From the human T2T-CHM13v2.0 reference genome, Homo sapiens: a stretch of DNA of 64,000 bases. Position 1 is the first letter of the stretch. Every line of letters begins with the position of its first letter. Shown here one piece after another: positions 1-13,600 of the stretch. The position numbers and the translations under genes are program-made. The notes beneath the pieces are model-generated. The model did not search any database, was not told the DNA's origin, and saw nothing but the letters and a program-made list of their open reading frames with translations. The stretch lies in assembly GCF_009914755.1 (NCBI RefSeq), contig NC_060948.1. One strand, written 5' to 3'.

Positions 1-377
1 TGGTATAGAATGGAATGGAATCATCTGGAATGGAATTGAATGGAATGGAATAATATGAAATGGAATGGAATGGAATGGAATGGAATGCCCTTGAATTAAA
101 TGGACTGGAATGGAATGGACTCGAACAGAGTGGAATGGAAAGTGTTGAGATAGAATGGAATGGACTCCTTTGGAATGGTGTAGTATGCAATGCAATCGAC
201 TGGCAGGGAATCAAATGGAATGTAATCGAATGGATTGGACTGGAATGCAATGGACTCGAATAGATTGGAAACGGAATGCAAAGGAATGGAATGGAATAGT
301 ATGGAATGGAATGGAAAGGAATGGAGTGGAATAGACTAGAGTGGAATGGAATGGACTGGAAAGCAATGGACTGGAAT

Positions 378-392
378 GGAACTTTCTTGAAT
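378..392. promoter_or_regulatory. Heat-shock-element-like motif A (GGAAC TTTCT TGAAT), at the same position in most units
   Basis: Exact nGAAn-nTTCn-nGAAn match; binding not demonstrated. Confidence 0.5.
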
Positions 393-1810
393 GGACTGGA
401 ATCAAACGGAATGGAATGCAATGCAATCAAATGGCATGGAATAAAATAGAATGAAAGAGAATCAAATGGAATTGAATCGAATGGAATCGAATGGATTGGA
501 AAGGAATAGAATGGAATGGAATGGAATTGACTCAAATGGAATGGATTCGAATGGAAGGCAAAGGAATGGAATCTATTGGAATGGACTGTAATGGAATGGA
601 ATGGAAGGGATTGGAATGGACTCGAATGGAATGGACTGCAATAGAAAGGATTCGAATGGAATGAAAAAGAATTGAATGGAATAGAACAGAATGGAATCAA
701 ATCGAATGAAATGGAATGGAATAGAAAGGAATGGAATGAAATGGAATGGAAAGGATTCGAATGGAATGCAATCGAATGGAATGGAATCGAACGGAATGGA
801 ATAAAATGGAAGAAAACTGGCAAGAAATGGAATCGAAATGAATGGAGTGTTATGGAACGGACTCAAAAGGAATTGAATGTAATAGAATGGAGTGGAGTGG
901 ACTCGAATATAATGGACTGGAATGGAATGAAATCACATGGAATGGGAACGAATGGAATGGAATGGAAAGGAATGGAATCGAATGGAAAGGAATCGAATGG
1001 AAGGGAATGAAATTGAATCAACAGGAATGGAAGGGAATAGAATAGACGGTAATGGAATGGACTCGAATAGAATGGACACGAATGCTCAAATTGAATGGAC
1101 TCGAATGGAATGGAAACGAAAGGAATGTCATCGAATGGAATTGAATCGATTGGAATGAAATCGCATAGAATGGAGTGGAATCAAATGGAATTGAATCGAA
1201 AGGAAAGGAAGCGAATGGACTGAAATGAAATGGAATGGAATTGAATGGAAAGTAATGCAATGGAATAGAATGGAACGAAATTTCACGGAATGGAATCAAA
1301 CTGAATGGAATCAAATCAATGGAATCAAATCAAATGGAATGGAAAGGAATTGAATGGAGTAGATTGGATTGGATGGGATTGGAATGAAATGTACTGGAAA
1401 GGACTCGAATTTCATGAAACGGAATGGAATGAATTGGAACGGAATGGACTCGAATGGAATGGAATGTCATGGAATGGCATCAAATGGAATGGCATCAAAT
1501 GGAATGGAATCGAATGCAATGGAATGCTATGGAATGGAATGGAATGCATTGGAATGGAATGTCCTCTAATGGAATGGATTCGAGTGGAATGGAATCGAAT
1601 ATAATGGAGTCGAATGAAATGGAATTGAAAGGAATGGGATCGAATACAATGGAATATACTGGAATGTAATGTAATGAACTCGAATGTAATTGACTGGAAT
1701 GGAATGTACGTGAATGGAATATAATCGAATGGAAAGTAATCCAATGGAATAGAATCTAATGCAATAAAATCGACTCAGATAGAGTAGAATGTAATGGAAA
1801 GGAGTGCAGT

Positions 1811-1895
1811 GCAATGGAATGGAATGGAATGGAATGCAATTGAATGGAATGGAATGGAATGGAATGGAATGGAATGGGATGGAATGGTATGGAAT
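1811..1895 (+). repeat. Near-pure (GGAAT)n tract, length-variable between units
   Basis: Longest perfect pentamer run of the unit, between GGAGTGCAGT and GGATAGTAAT; flanking landmark distance varies 205-235 bp among copies. Confidence 0.85.
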
Positions 1896-2104
1896 GGATA
1901 GTAATGGACTGGAGTGAAATGGACTGGAAAGGAATATACTCAAATTGAAAGGGCTCGAAAGGAATGCAGTCAAATGGAATGGACTGGAATGGAATGAACA
2001 CGAATGTAATGCAATCCAATAGAATGGAATCGAATGGCATGGAATATAAAGAAATGGAATCGGAGAGAATGGAAACAAATGGAATGGAAATGAATGGAAT
2101 GGAA

Positions 2105-2258
2105 TTGAATGGAATGGGAACGAATGGAGTGAAATTGTATGCAGTAGAAGGGAATAGAATGGAATGCAAGCGAAAGGAAAGGAATGGATTGGAATGGAAT
2201 GGAATTCATTGGAATGGAAGGGAATGTAGTGTAATGGACAGGCCTGGAATAAAGTGGA
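2105..2258. other. 154-bp segment corresponding to the classic DYZ1 sexing PCR target (contains EcoRI 2202 and HaeIII/StuI 2240-2245)
   Basis: Bounded by TTGAATGGAATGGGAACGAATGG and GGACAGGCCTGGAATAAAGTGGA, which match the Y1.2/Y1.1 primers as I recall them; the span is 154 bp. Confidence 0.8.
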
Positions 2259-2615
2259 ATGCTACGGTCTCGAATGGAATAAAAATGTATGGAATGGAAT
2301 GCAATGAAATGGAATCGAATGTCATAGAATGTAATGGAATGCAACAAAATGGAATCCAATATCATTGACTGGAAAGGCTGGGTGTCGAAAGGAATTGACT
2401 CCAATGGAATGGAATCGAATGGAATGGAAGTGAATAGAATCGAACTAAATCGAATGGAATGGAATTGATAGGAACGGAATGGAAAGGAATGCAATGATTT
2501 GGCATGGAATGGAATCGAATGGCATCGAATGGAATGGAATGGAATGCAATGGAATGGAATGTATTAGAATGTAATGAACTTTAATGGAATGTACTCGAAT
2601 GGATTCGACTGGAAT

Positions 2616-2630
2616 GGAATGTTCTGGAAG
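2616..2630. promoter_or_regulatory. Heat-shock-element-like motif B (GGAAT GTTCT GGAAG), intact in all 18 units
   Basis: Exact nGAAn-nTTCn-nGAAn match; binding not demonstrated. Confidence 0.55.
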
Positions 2631-2895
2631 TGAATGGACTCCAATGGAATGGATTCAAAAGGAATGGAATCGTACGGAATGGAATCTAATGGAATGGAAT
2701 TAAATGGAAATGAATCAAATTGAATAGCACGGAATTGAATTGAATGGAATGGAATGCAATGGAATCTAATGAAACGGAAAGGAAAGGAATGGAATGGAAT
2801 GGAATGGGCTGGAATGGAAAGGAATCGAAACGAATGGAATGGAATCGAACTGAAGAGACTGGAATGGAATGCACTGGAATGGAAGGGAGTGTAAT

Positions 2896-2910
2896 GGAAG
2901 GTTCTCGAAA
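2896..2910. promoter_or_regulatory. Heat-shock-element-like motif C (GGAAG GTTCT CGAAA)
   Basis: Exact nGAAn-nTTCn-nGAAn match; disrupted (GTTGT) in copies 4 and 10. Confidence 0.5.
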
Positions 2911-3544
2911 AAAATGGAATCGAATGGAATGGAATTGAATGGAACGGAATAGAGTCGAATGGAATTGAATGGAATGGAATGGACTAGAGTGAAATGGAAT
3001 CGAACCACAAGGAATGGAGATGAATAGAATGGTCTCGAATTGAATGGAATCGTATGGAATGGCATCAAACGGAATGGAATGGACAGCCACGGAATGGAAT
3101 GCACTCGAATGCAATGGAGTCGAAACTAATGGACTGGAATAGAATGGACTCGACTGGTACGGACTCCAATGGAATGGAATCGAATGGAAGGGAATCGAAC
3201 GGAATGGACTCGAAGGGAAAAGACTGCAATGGAAAGGTCTCGAATGGAATGGAAATTAATGGAATGGAATGGAATCGAATGAAATGGAGTCAAAAGGAAT
3301 GGAATCGAATGGCAAGAAATCGAATGTAATGGAATCGCAAGGAATTGATGTGAACGGAACGGAATGGAATGGAATCCAAAGGAATGGAATAGAATGGAAT
3401 GGAATCGAATGGAAAGGACTCGAATGGAAATCACTCGAATAGAATGCAATTTAATAAAATAGGATCAAATGTAATGGAATGGAATGGAAAGGAATCGAAA
3501 CGAAAGGAATGGAGACAGATGGAATGGAATGGAACAGAGAGCAA

Positions 3545-6500
3545 TGGTATAGAATGGAATGGAATCATCTGGAATGGAATTGAATGGAATGGAATAATAT
3601 GAAATGGAATGGAATGGAATGGAATGGAATGGAATGCCCTTGAATTAAATGGACTGGAATGGAATGGACTCAAACAGAGTGGAATGGAAAGTGTTGAGAT
3701 AGAATGGAATGGACTCCTTTGGAATGGTCTAGTATGCAATGCAATCGACTGTCAGGGAATCAAAAGGAATGTAATCGAATGGATTGGACTGGAATGCAAT
3801 GGACTCGAATAGATTGGAAACGGAATGCAAAGGAATGGAATGGAATAGTATGGAATGGAATGGAAAGGAATGGAGTGGAATAGACTAGAGTGGAATGGAA
3901 TGGACTGGAAAGCAATGGACTGGAATGGAACTTTCTTGAATGGACTGGAATCAAACGGAATGGAATGCAATGCAATCAAATGGCATGGAATAAAATAGAA
4001 TGAAAGAGAATCAAATGGAATTGAATCGAATGGAATCGAATGGATTGTAAAGGAATAGAATGGAATGGAATGGAATTGACTCAAATGGAATGGACTAGAA
4101 TGGAATGGATTCGAATGGAAGGCAAAGGAATGGAATCTATTGGAATGGACTGTAATGGAATGGAATGGAAGGGATTGGAATGGACTCGAATGGAATGGAC
4201 TGCAATAGAAAGGATTCGAATGGAATGAAAAAGAATTGAATGGAATAGAACAGAATGGAATCAAATCGAATGAAATGGAATGGAATAGAAAGGAATGGAA
4301 TGAAATGGAATGGAAAGGATTCGAATGGAATGCAATCGAATGGAATGGAATCGAACGGAATGGAATAAAATGGAAGAAAACTGGCAAGAAATGGAATCGA
4401 AATGAATGGAGTGTTATGGAACGGACTCAAAAGGAATTGAATGTAATAGAATGGAGTGGAGTGGACTCGAATATAATGGACTGGAATGGAATGAAATCAC
4501 ATGGAATGGGAACGAATGGAATGGAATGGAAAGGAATGGAATCGAATGGAAAGGAATCGAATGGAAGGGAATGAAATTGAATCAACAGGAATGGAAGGGA
4601 ATAGAATAGACGGTAATGGAATGGACTCGAATAGAATGGACACGAATGCTCAAATTGAATGGATTCGAATGGAATGGAAACGAAAGGAATGTCATCGAAT
4701 GGAATTGAATCGATTGGAATGAAATCGCATAGAATGGAGTGGAATCAAATGGAATTGAATCGAAAGGAAAGGAAGCGAATGGACTGAAATGAAATGGAAT
4801 GGAATTGAATGGAAAGTAATGCAATGGAATAGAATGGAACGAAATTTCACGGAATGGAATCAAACTGAATGGAATCAAATCAATGGAATCTAATCAAATG
4901 GAATGGAAAGGAATTGAATGGAGTAGATTGGATTGGATGGGATTGGAATGAAATGTACTGGAAAGGACTCGAATTTCATGAAACGGAATGGAATGAATTG
5001 GAACGGAATGGACTCGAATGGAATGGAATGTCATGGAATGGCATCGAATGGAATGGCATCAAATGGAATGGAATCGAATGCAATGGAATGTTATGGAATG
5101 GAATGGAATGCATTGGAATGGAATGTCCTCTAATGGAATGGATTCGAGTGGAATGGAATCGAATATAATGGAGTCGAATGAAATGGAATTGAAAGGAATG
5201 GGATCGAATAGAATGGAATATACTGGAATGTAATGTAATGAACACGAATGTAATTGACTGGAATGGAATGTACATGAATGGAAGGTAATCGAATGGAAAG
5301 TAATCCAATGGAATAGAATCTAATGCAATAAAACCGAATCAGATAGAGTAGAATGTAATGGAATGGAGTGCAGTGCAATGGAATGGAATGGAATTGAATG
5401 CAATGGAATGGAATGGAATGGAATGGAATGGAATGGAATGGTATGGAATGGATAGTAATGGACTGGAGTGAAATGGACTGGAAAGGAATGGACTCAAATT
5501 GAAAGGGCTCGAAAGGAATGGAGTCAAATGGAATGGTCTGGAATGGAATGAACACGAATGTAATGCAATCCAATAGAATGGAATCGAATGGCATGGAATA
5601 TAAAGAAATGGAATCGAAGAGAATGGAAACAAATGGAATGGAATTGAATGGAATGGAATTGAATGGAATGGGAACGAATGGAGTGAAATTGTATGAAGTA
5701 GAAGGGAATAGAATGGAATGCAAGCGAAAGGAAAGGAATGGATTGGAATGGAATGGAATTCATTGGAATGGAAGGGAATGTAGTGTAATGGACAGGCCTG
5801 GAATAAAGTGGAATGCTACGGTCTCGAATGGAATAAAAATGTATGGAATGGAATGCAATGAAACGGAATCGAATGTCATAGAATGTAATGGAATGCAACA
5901 AAATGGAATCCAAAATCATTGACTGGAAAGGCTGGGTGTCGAAAGGAATTGACTCCAATGGAATGGAATCGAATGGAATGGAAGTGAATAGAATCGAACT
6001 AAATCGAATGGAATGGAATTGATAGGAACGGAATGGAAAGGAATGCAATGATTTGGCATGGAATGGAATCGAATGGCATCGAATGGAATGGAATGGAATG
6101 CAATGGAATGGAATGTATTAGAATGTAATGAACTTTAATGGAATGTACTCGAATGGATTCGACTGGAATGGAATGTTCTGGAAGTGAATGGACTCCAATG
6201 GAATGGATTCAAAAGGAATGGAATCGTACGGAATGGAATCTAATGGAATGGAATTAAATGGAAATGAATCAAATTGAATAGCACGGAATTGAATTGAATG
6301 GAATGGAATGCAATGGAATCTAATGAAACGGAAAGGAAAGGAATGGAATGGAATGGAATGGGCTGGAATGGAAAGGAATCGAAACGAATGGAATGGAATC
6401 GAACTGAAGAGACTGGAATGGAATGCACTGGAATGGAAGGGAGTGTAATGGAAGGTTCTCGAAAATAATGGAATCGAATGGAATGGAATTGAATGGAACG

Positions 6501-7098
6501 GAATAGAGTCGAATGGAATTGAATGGAATGGAATGGACTAGAGTGAAATGGAATCGAACCACAAGGAATGGACAGGAATAGAATGGTCTCGAATTGAATG
6601 GAATCGTATGGAATGGCATCAAACGGAATGGAATGGACAGCCACGGAATGGAATGCACTCGAATGCAATGGAGTCGAAACTAATGGACTGGAATAGAATG
6701 GACTCGACTGGTACGGACTCCAATGGAATGGAATCGAATGGAAGGGAATCGAACGGAATGGACTCGAAGGGAAAAGACTGCAATGGAAAGGTCTCGAATG
6801 GAATGGAAATTAATGGAATGGAATGGAATCGAATGAAATGGAGTCAAAAGGAATGGAATCGAATGGCAAGAAATCGAATGTAATGGAATCGCAAGGAATT
6901 GATGTGAACGGAACGGAATGGAATGGAATCCAAAGGAATGGAATAGAATGGAATGGAATCGAATGGAAAGGACTCGAATGGAAATCACTCGAATAGAATG
7001 CAATTTAATAAAATAGGATCAAATGTAATGGAATGGAATGGAAAGGAATCGAAACGAAAGGAATGGAGACAGATGGAATGGAATGGAACAGAGAGCAA
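3545..7098 (+). repeat. DYZ1 unit copy 2 (3554 bp)
   Basis: Landmark spacing; HaeIII 5795. Confidence 0.9.
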
Positions 7099-10000
7099 TG
7101 GTATAGAATGGAATGGAATCATCTGGAATGGAATTGAATGGAATGGAATAATATGGAATGGAATGGAATGGAATGGAATGCCCTTGAATTAAATGGACTG
7201 GAATGGAATGGACTCGAACAGAGTGGAATGGAAAGTGTTGAGATAGAATGGAATGGACTCCTTTGGAATGGTCTAGTATGCAATGCAATCGACTGTCAGG
7301 GAATCAAAAGGAATGTAATCGAATGGATTGGACTGGAATGCAATGGACTCGAATAGATTGGAAACGGAATGCAAAGGAATGGAATGGAATAGTATGGAAT
7401 GGAATGGAAAGGAATGGAGTGGAATAGACTAGAGTGGAATGGAATGGACTGGAAAGCAATGGACTGGAATGGAACTTTCTTGGATGGACTGGAATCAAAC
7501 GGAATGGAATGCAATGCAATCAAATGGCATGGAATAAAATAGAATGAAAGAGAATCAAATGGAATTGAATCGAATGGAATCGAATGGATTGGAAAGGAAT
7601 AGAATGGAATGGAATGGAATTGACTCAAATGGAATGGACTAGAATGGAATGGATTCGAATGGAAGGCAAAGGAATGGAATCTATTGGAATGGACTGTAAT
7701 GGAATGGAATGGAAGGGATTGGAATGGACTCGAATGGAATGGACTGCAATAGAAAGGATTCGAATGGAATGAAAAAGAATTGAATGGAATAGAACAGAAT
7801 GGAATCAAATCGAATGAAATGGAATGGAATAGAAAGGAATGGAATGAAATGGAATGGAAAGGATTCGAATGGAATGCAATCGAATGGAATGGAATCGAAC
7901 GGAATGGAATAAAATGGAAGAAAACTGGCAAGAAATGGAATCGAAATGAATGGAGTGTTATGGAACGGACTCAAAAGGAATTGAATGTAATAGAATGGAG
8001 TGGAGTGGACTCGAATATAATGGACTGGAATGGAATGAAATCACATGGAATGGGAACGAATGGAATGGAATGGAAAGGAATGGAATCGAATGGAAAGGAA
8101 TCGAATGGAAGGGAATGAAATTGAATCAACAGGAATGGAAGGGAATAGAATAGACGGTAATGGAATGGACTCGAATAGAATGGACACGAATGCTCAAATT
8201 GAATGGATTCGAATGGAATGGAAACGAAAGGAATGTCATCGAATGGAATTGAATCGATTGGAATGAAATCGCATAGAATGGAGTGGAATCAAATGGAATT
8301 GAATCGAAAGGAAAGGAAGCGAATGGACTGAAATGAAATGGAATGGAATTGAATGGAAAGTAATGCAATGGAATAGAATGGAACGAAATTTCACGGAATG
8401 GAATCAAACTGAATGGAATCAAATCAATGGAATCTAATCAAATGGAATGGAAAGGAATTGAATGGAGTAGATTGGATTGGATGGGATTGGAATGAAATGT
8501 ACTGGAAAGGACTCGAATTTCATGAAACGGAATGGAATGAATTGGAACGGAATGGACTCGAATGGAATGGAATGTCATGGAATGGCATCGAATGGAATGG
8601 CATCAAATGGAATGGAATCGAATGCAATGGAATGTTATGGAATGGAATGGAATGCATTGGAATGGAATGTCCTCTAATGGAATGGATTCGAGTGGAATGG
8701 AATCGAATATAATGGAGTCGAATGAAATGGAATTGAAAGGAATGGGATCGAATAGAATGGAATATACTGGAATGTAATGTAATGAACACGAATGTAATTG
8801 ACTGGAATGGAATGTACATGAATGGAAGGTAATCGAATGGAAAGTAATCCAATGGAATAGAATCTAATGCAATAAAACCGAATCAGATAGAGTAGAATGT
8901 AATGGAATGGAGTGCAGTGCAATGGAATGGAATGGAATTGAATGCAATGGAATGGAATGGAATGGAATGGAATGGAATGGAATGGAATGGTATGGAATGG
9001 ATAGTAATGGACTGGAGTGAAATGGACTGGAAAGGAATGGACTCAAATTGAAAGGGCTCGAAAGGAATGGAGTCAAATGGAATGGTCTGGAATGGAATGA
9101 ACACGAATGTAATGCAATCCAATAGAATGGAATCGAATGGCATGGAATATAAAGAAATGGAATCGAAGAGAATGGAAACAAATGGAATGGAATTGAATGG
9201 AATGGAATTGAATGGAATGGGAACGAATGGAGTGAAATTGTATGAAGTAGAAGGGAATAGAATGGAATGCAAGCGAAAGGAAAGGAATGGATTGGAATGG
9301 AATGGAATTCATTGGAATGGAAGGGAATGTAGTGTAATGGACAGGCCTGGAATAAAGTGGAATGCTACGGTCTCGAATGGAATAAAAATGTATGGAATGG
9401 AATGCAATGAAACGGAATCGAATGTCATAGAATGTAATGGAATGCAACAAAATGGAATCCAAAATCATTGACTGGAAAGGCTGGGTGTCGAAAGGAATTG
9501 ACTCCAATGGAATGGAATCGAATGGAATGGAAGTGAATAGAATCGAACTAAATCGAATGGAATGTAATTGATAGGAACGGAATGGAAAGGAATGCAATGA
9601 TTTGGCATGGAATGGAATCGAATGGCATCGAATGGAATGGAATGGAATGCAATGGAATGGAATGTATTAGAATGTAATGAACTTTAATGGAATGTACTCG
9701 AATGGATTCGACTGGAATGGAATGTTCTGGAAGTGAATGGACTCCAATGGAATGGATTCAAAAGGAATGGAATCGTACGGAATGGAATCTAATGGAATGG
9801 AATTAAATGGAAATGAATCAAATTGAATAGCACGGAATTGAATTGAATGGAATGGAATGCAATGGAATCTAATGAAACGGAAAGGAAAGGAATGGAATGG
9901 AATGGAATGGGCTGGAATGGAAAGGAATCGAAACGAATGGAATGGAATCGAACTGAAGAGACTGGAATGGAATGCACTGGAATGGAAGGGAGTGTAATGG

Positions 10001-10643
10001 AAGGTTCTCGAAAATAATGGAATCGAATGGAATGGAATTGAATGGAACGGAATAGAGTCGAATGGAATTGAATGGAATGGAATGGACTAGAGTGAAATGG
10101 AATCGAACCACAAGGAATGGACAGGAATAGAATGGTCTCGAATTGAATGGAATCGTATGGAATGGCATCAAACGGAATGGAATGGACAGCCACGGAATGG
10201 AATGCACTCGAATGCAATGGAGTCGAAACTAATGGACTGGAATAGAATGGACTCGACTGGTACGGACTCCAATGGAATGGAATCGAATGGAAGGGAATCG
10301 AACGGAATGGACTCGAAGGGAAAAGACTGCAATGGAAAGGTCTCGAATGGAATGGAAATTAATGGAATGGAATGGAATCGAATGAAATGGAGTCAAAAGG
10401 AATGGAATCGAATGGCAAGAAATCGAATGTAATGGAATCGCAAGGAATTGATGTGAACGGAACGGAATGGAATGGAATCCAAAGGAATGGAATAGAATGG
10501 AATGGAATCGAATGGAAAGGACTCGAATGGAAATCACTCGAATAGAATGCAATTTAATAAAATAGGATCAAATGTAATGGAATGGAATGGAAAGGAATCG
10601 AAACGAAAGGAATGGAGACGGAATGGAATGGAACAGAGAGCAA
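7099..10643 (+). repeat. DYZ1 unit copy 3 (3545 bp)
   Basis: Landmark spacing; HaeIII 9344; 4-bp deletion near 10619. Confidence 0.9.
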
Positions 10644-13600
10644 TGGTATAGAATGGAATGGAATCATCTGGAATGGAATTGAATGGAATGGAATAATATG
10701 AAATGGAATGGAATGGAATGGAATGGAATGCCCTTGAATTAAATGGACTGGAATGGAATGGACTCGAACAGAGTGGAATGGAAAGTGTTGAGATAGAATG
10801 GAATGGACTCCTTTGGAATGGTCTAGTATGCAATGCAATCGACTGTCAGGGAATCAAAAGGAATGTAATCGAATGGATTGGACTGGAATGCAATGGACTC
10901 GAATAGATTGGAAACGGAATGCAAAGGAATGGAATGGAATAGTATGGAATGGAATGGAAAGGAATGGAGTGGAATAGACTAGAGTGGAATGGAATGGACT
11001 GGAAAGCAATGGACTGGAATGGAACTTTCTTGGATGGACTGGAATCAAACGGAATGGAATGCAATGCAATCAAATGGCATGGAATAAAATAGAATGAAAG
11101 AGAATCAAATGGAATTGAATCGAATGGAATCGAATGGATTGTAAAGGAATAGAATGGAATGGAATGGAATTGACTCAAATGGAATGGACTAGAATGGAAT
11201 GGATTCGAATGGAAGGCAAAGGAATGGAATCTATTGGAATGGACTGTAATGGAATGGAATGGAAGGGATTGGAATGGACTCGAATGGAATGGACTGCAAT
11301 AGAAAGGATTCGAATGGAATGAAAAAGAATTGAATGGAATAGAACAGAATGGAATCAAATCGAATGAAATGGAATGGAATAGAAAGGAATGGAATGAAAT
11401 GGAATGGAAAGGATTCGAATGGAATGCAATCGAATGGAATGGAATCGAACGGAATGGAATAAAATGGAAGAAAACTGGCAAGAAATGGAATCGAAATGAA
11501 TGGAGTGTTATGGAACGGACTCAAAAGGAATTGAATGTAATAGAATGGAGTGGAGTGGACTCGAATATAATGGACTGGAATGGAATGAAATCACATGGAA
11601 TGGGAACGAATGGAATGGAATGGAAAGGAATGGAATCGAATGGAAAGGAATCGAATGGAAGGGAATGAAATTGAATCAACAGGAATGGAAGGGAATAGAA
11701 TAGACGGTAATGGAATGGACTCGAATAGAATGGACACGAATGCTCAAATTGAATGGATTCGAATGGAATGGAAACGAAAGGAATGTCATCGAATGGAATT
11801 GAATCGATTGGAATGAAATCGCATAGAATGGAGTGGAATCAAATGGAATTGAATCGAAAGGAAAGGAAGCGAATGGACTGAAATGAAATGGAATGGAATT
11901 GAATGGAAAGTAATGCAATGGAATAGAATGGAACGAAATTTCACGGAATGGAATCAAACTGAATGGAATCAAATCAATGGAATCTAATCAAATGGAATGG
12001 AAAGGAATTGAATGGAGTAGATTGGATTGGATGGGATTGGAATGAAATGTACTGGAAAGGACTCGAATTTCATGAAACGGAATGGAATGAATTGGAACGG
12101 AATGGACTCGAATGGAATGGAATGTCATGGAATGGCATCGAATGGAATGGCATCAAATGGAATGGAATCGAATGCAATGGAATGTTATGGAATGGAATGG
12201 AATGCATTGGAATGGAATGTCCTCTAATGGAATGGATTCGAGTGGAATGGAATCGAATATAATGGAGTCGAATGAAATGGAATTGAAAGGAATGGGATCG
12301 AATAGAATGGAATATACTGGAATGTAATGTAATGAACACGAATGTAATTGACTGGAATGGAATGTACATGAATGGAAGGTAATCGAATTGAAAGTAATCC
12401 AATGGAATAGAATCTATTGCAATAAAACCGAATCAGATAGAGTAGAATGTAATGGAATGGAGTGCAGTGCAATGGAATGGAATGGAATTGAATGCAATGG
12501 AATGGAATGGAATGGAATGGAATGGAATGGAATGGAATGGTATGGAATGGATAGTAATGGACTGGAGTGAAATGGACTGGAAAGGAATGGACTCAAATTG
12601 AAAGGGCTCGAAAGGAATGGAGTCAAATGGAATGGTCTGGAATGGAATGAACACGAATGTAATGCAATCCAATAGAATGGAATCGAATGGCATGGAATAT
12701 AAAGAAATGGAATCGAAGAGAATGGAAACAAATGGAATGGAATTGAATGGAATGGAATTGAATGGAATGGGAACGAATGGAGTGAAATTGTATGCAGTAG
12801 AAGGGAATAGAATGGAATGCAAGCGAAAGGAAAGGAATGGATTGGAATGGAATGGAATTCATTGGAATGGAAGGGAATGTAGTCTAATGGACAGGCCTGG
12901 AATAAAGTGGAATGCTACGGTCTCGAATGGAATAAAAATGTATGGAATGGAATGCAATGAAACGGAATCGAATGTCATAGAATGTAATGGAATGCAACAA
13001 AATGGAATCCAAAATCATTGACTGGAAAGGCTGGGTGTCGAAAGGAATTGACTCCAATGGAATGGAATCGAATGGAATGGAAGTGAATAGAATCGAACTA
13101 AATCGAATGGAATGGAATTGATAGGAACGGAATGGAAAGGAATGCAATGATTTGGCATGGAATGGAATCGAATGGCATCGAATGGAATGGAATGGAATGC
13201 AATGGAATGGAATGTATTAGAATGTAATGAACTTTAATGGAATGTACTCGAATGGATTCGACTGGAATGGAATGTTCTGGAAGTGAATGGACTCCAATGG
13301 AATGGATTCAAAAGGAATGGAATCGTACGGAATGGAATCTAATGGAATGGAATTAAATGGAAATGAATCAAATTGAATAGCACGGAATTGAATTGAATGG
13401 AATGGAATGCAATGGAATCTAATGAAACGGAAAGGAAAGGAATGGAATGGAATGGAATGGGCTGGAATGGAAAGGAATCGAAACGAATGGAATGGAATCG
13501 AACTGAAGAGACTGGAATGGAATGCACTGGAATGGAAGGGAGTGTAATGGAAGGTTGTCGAAAAAAATGGAATCGAATGGAATGGAATTGAATGGAACGG

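Larger units (their letters stand above)
1..3544 (+). repeat. DYZ1 unit copy 1 (3544 bp; units phased from the TGGTATAG landmark)
   Basis: Landmark to landmark; EcoRI 2202, HaeIII 2241; private 15-bp deletion near 545 and several private SNVs. Confidence 0.9.

Noticed and set aside
440-3460. About six AATAAA hexamers per unit as polyadenylation signals
   Set aside because: They arise easily from GGAAT followed by an A-rich variant pentamer, and there is no clear downstream GU/U-rich element or transcript evidence in the sequence alone.
4886-4896. DUX4-like motif GAATCTAATCA (polymorphic among copies)
   Set aside because: It mismatches the 5' T of the TAAYYBAATCA consensus, and near matches are expected in this background.
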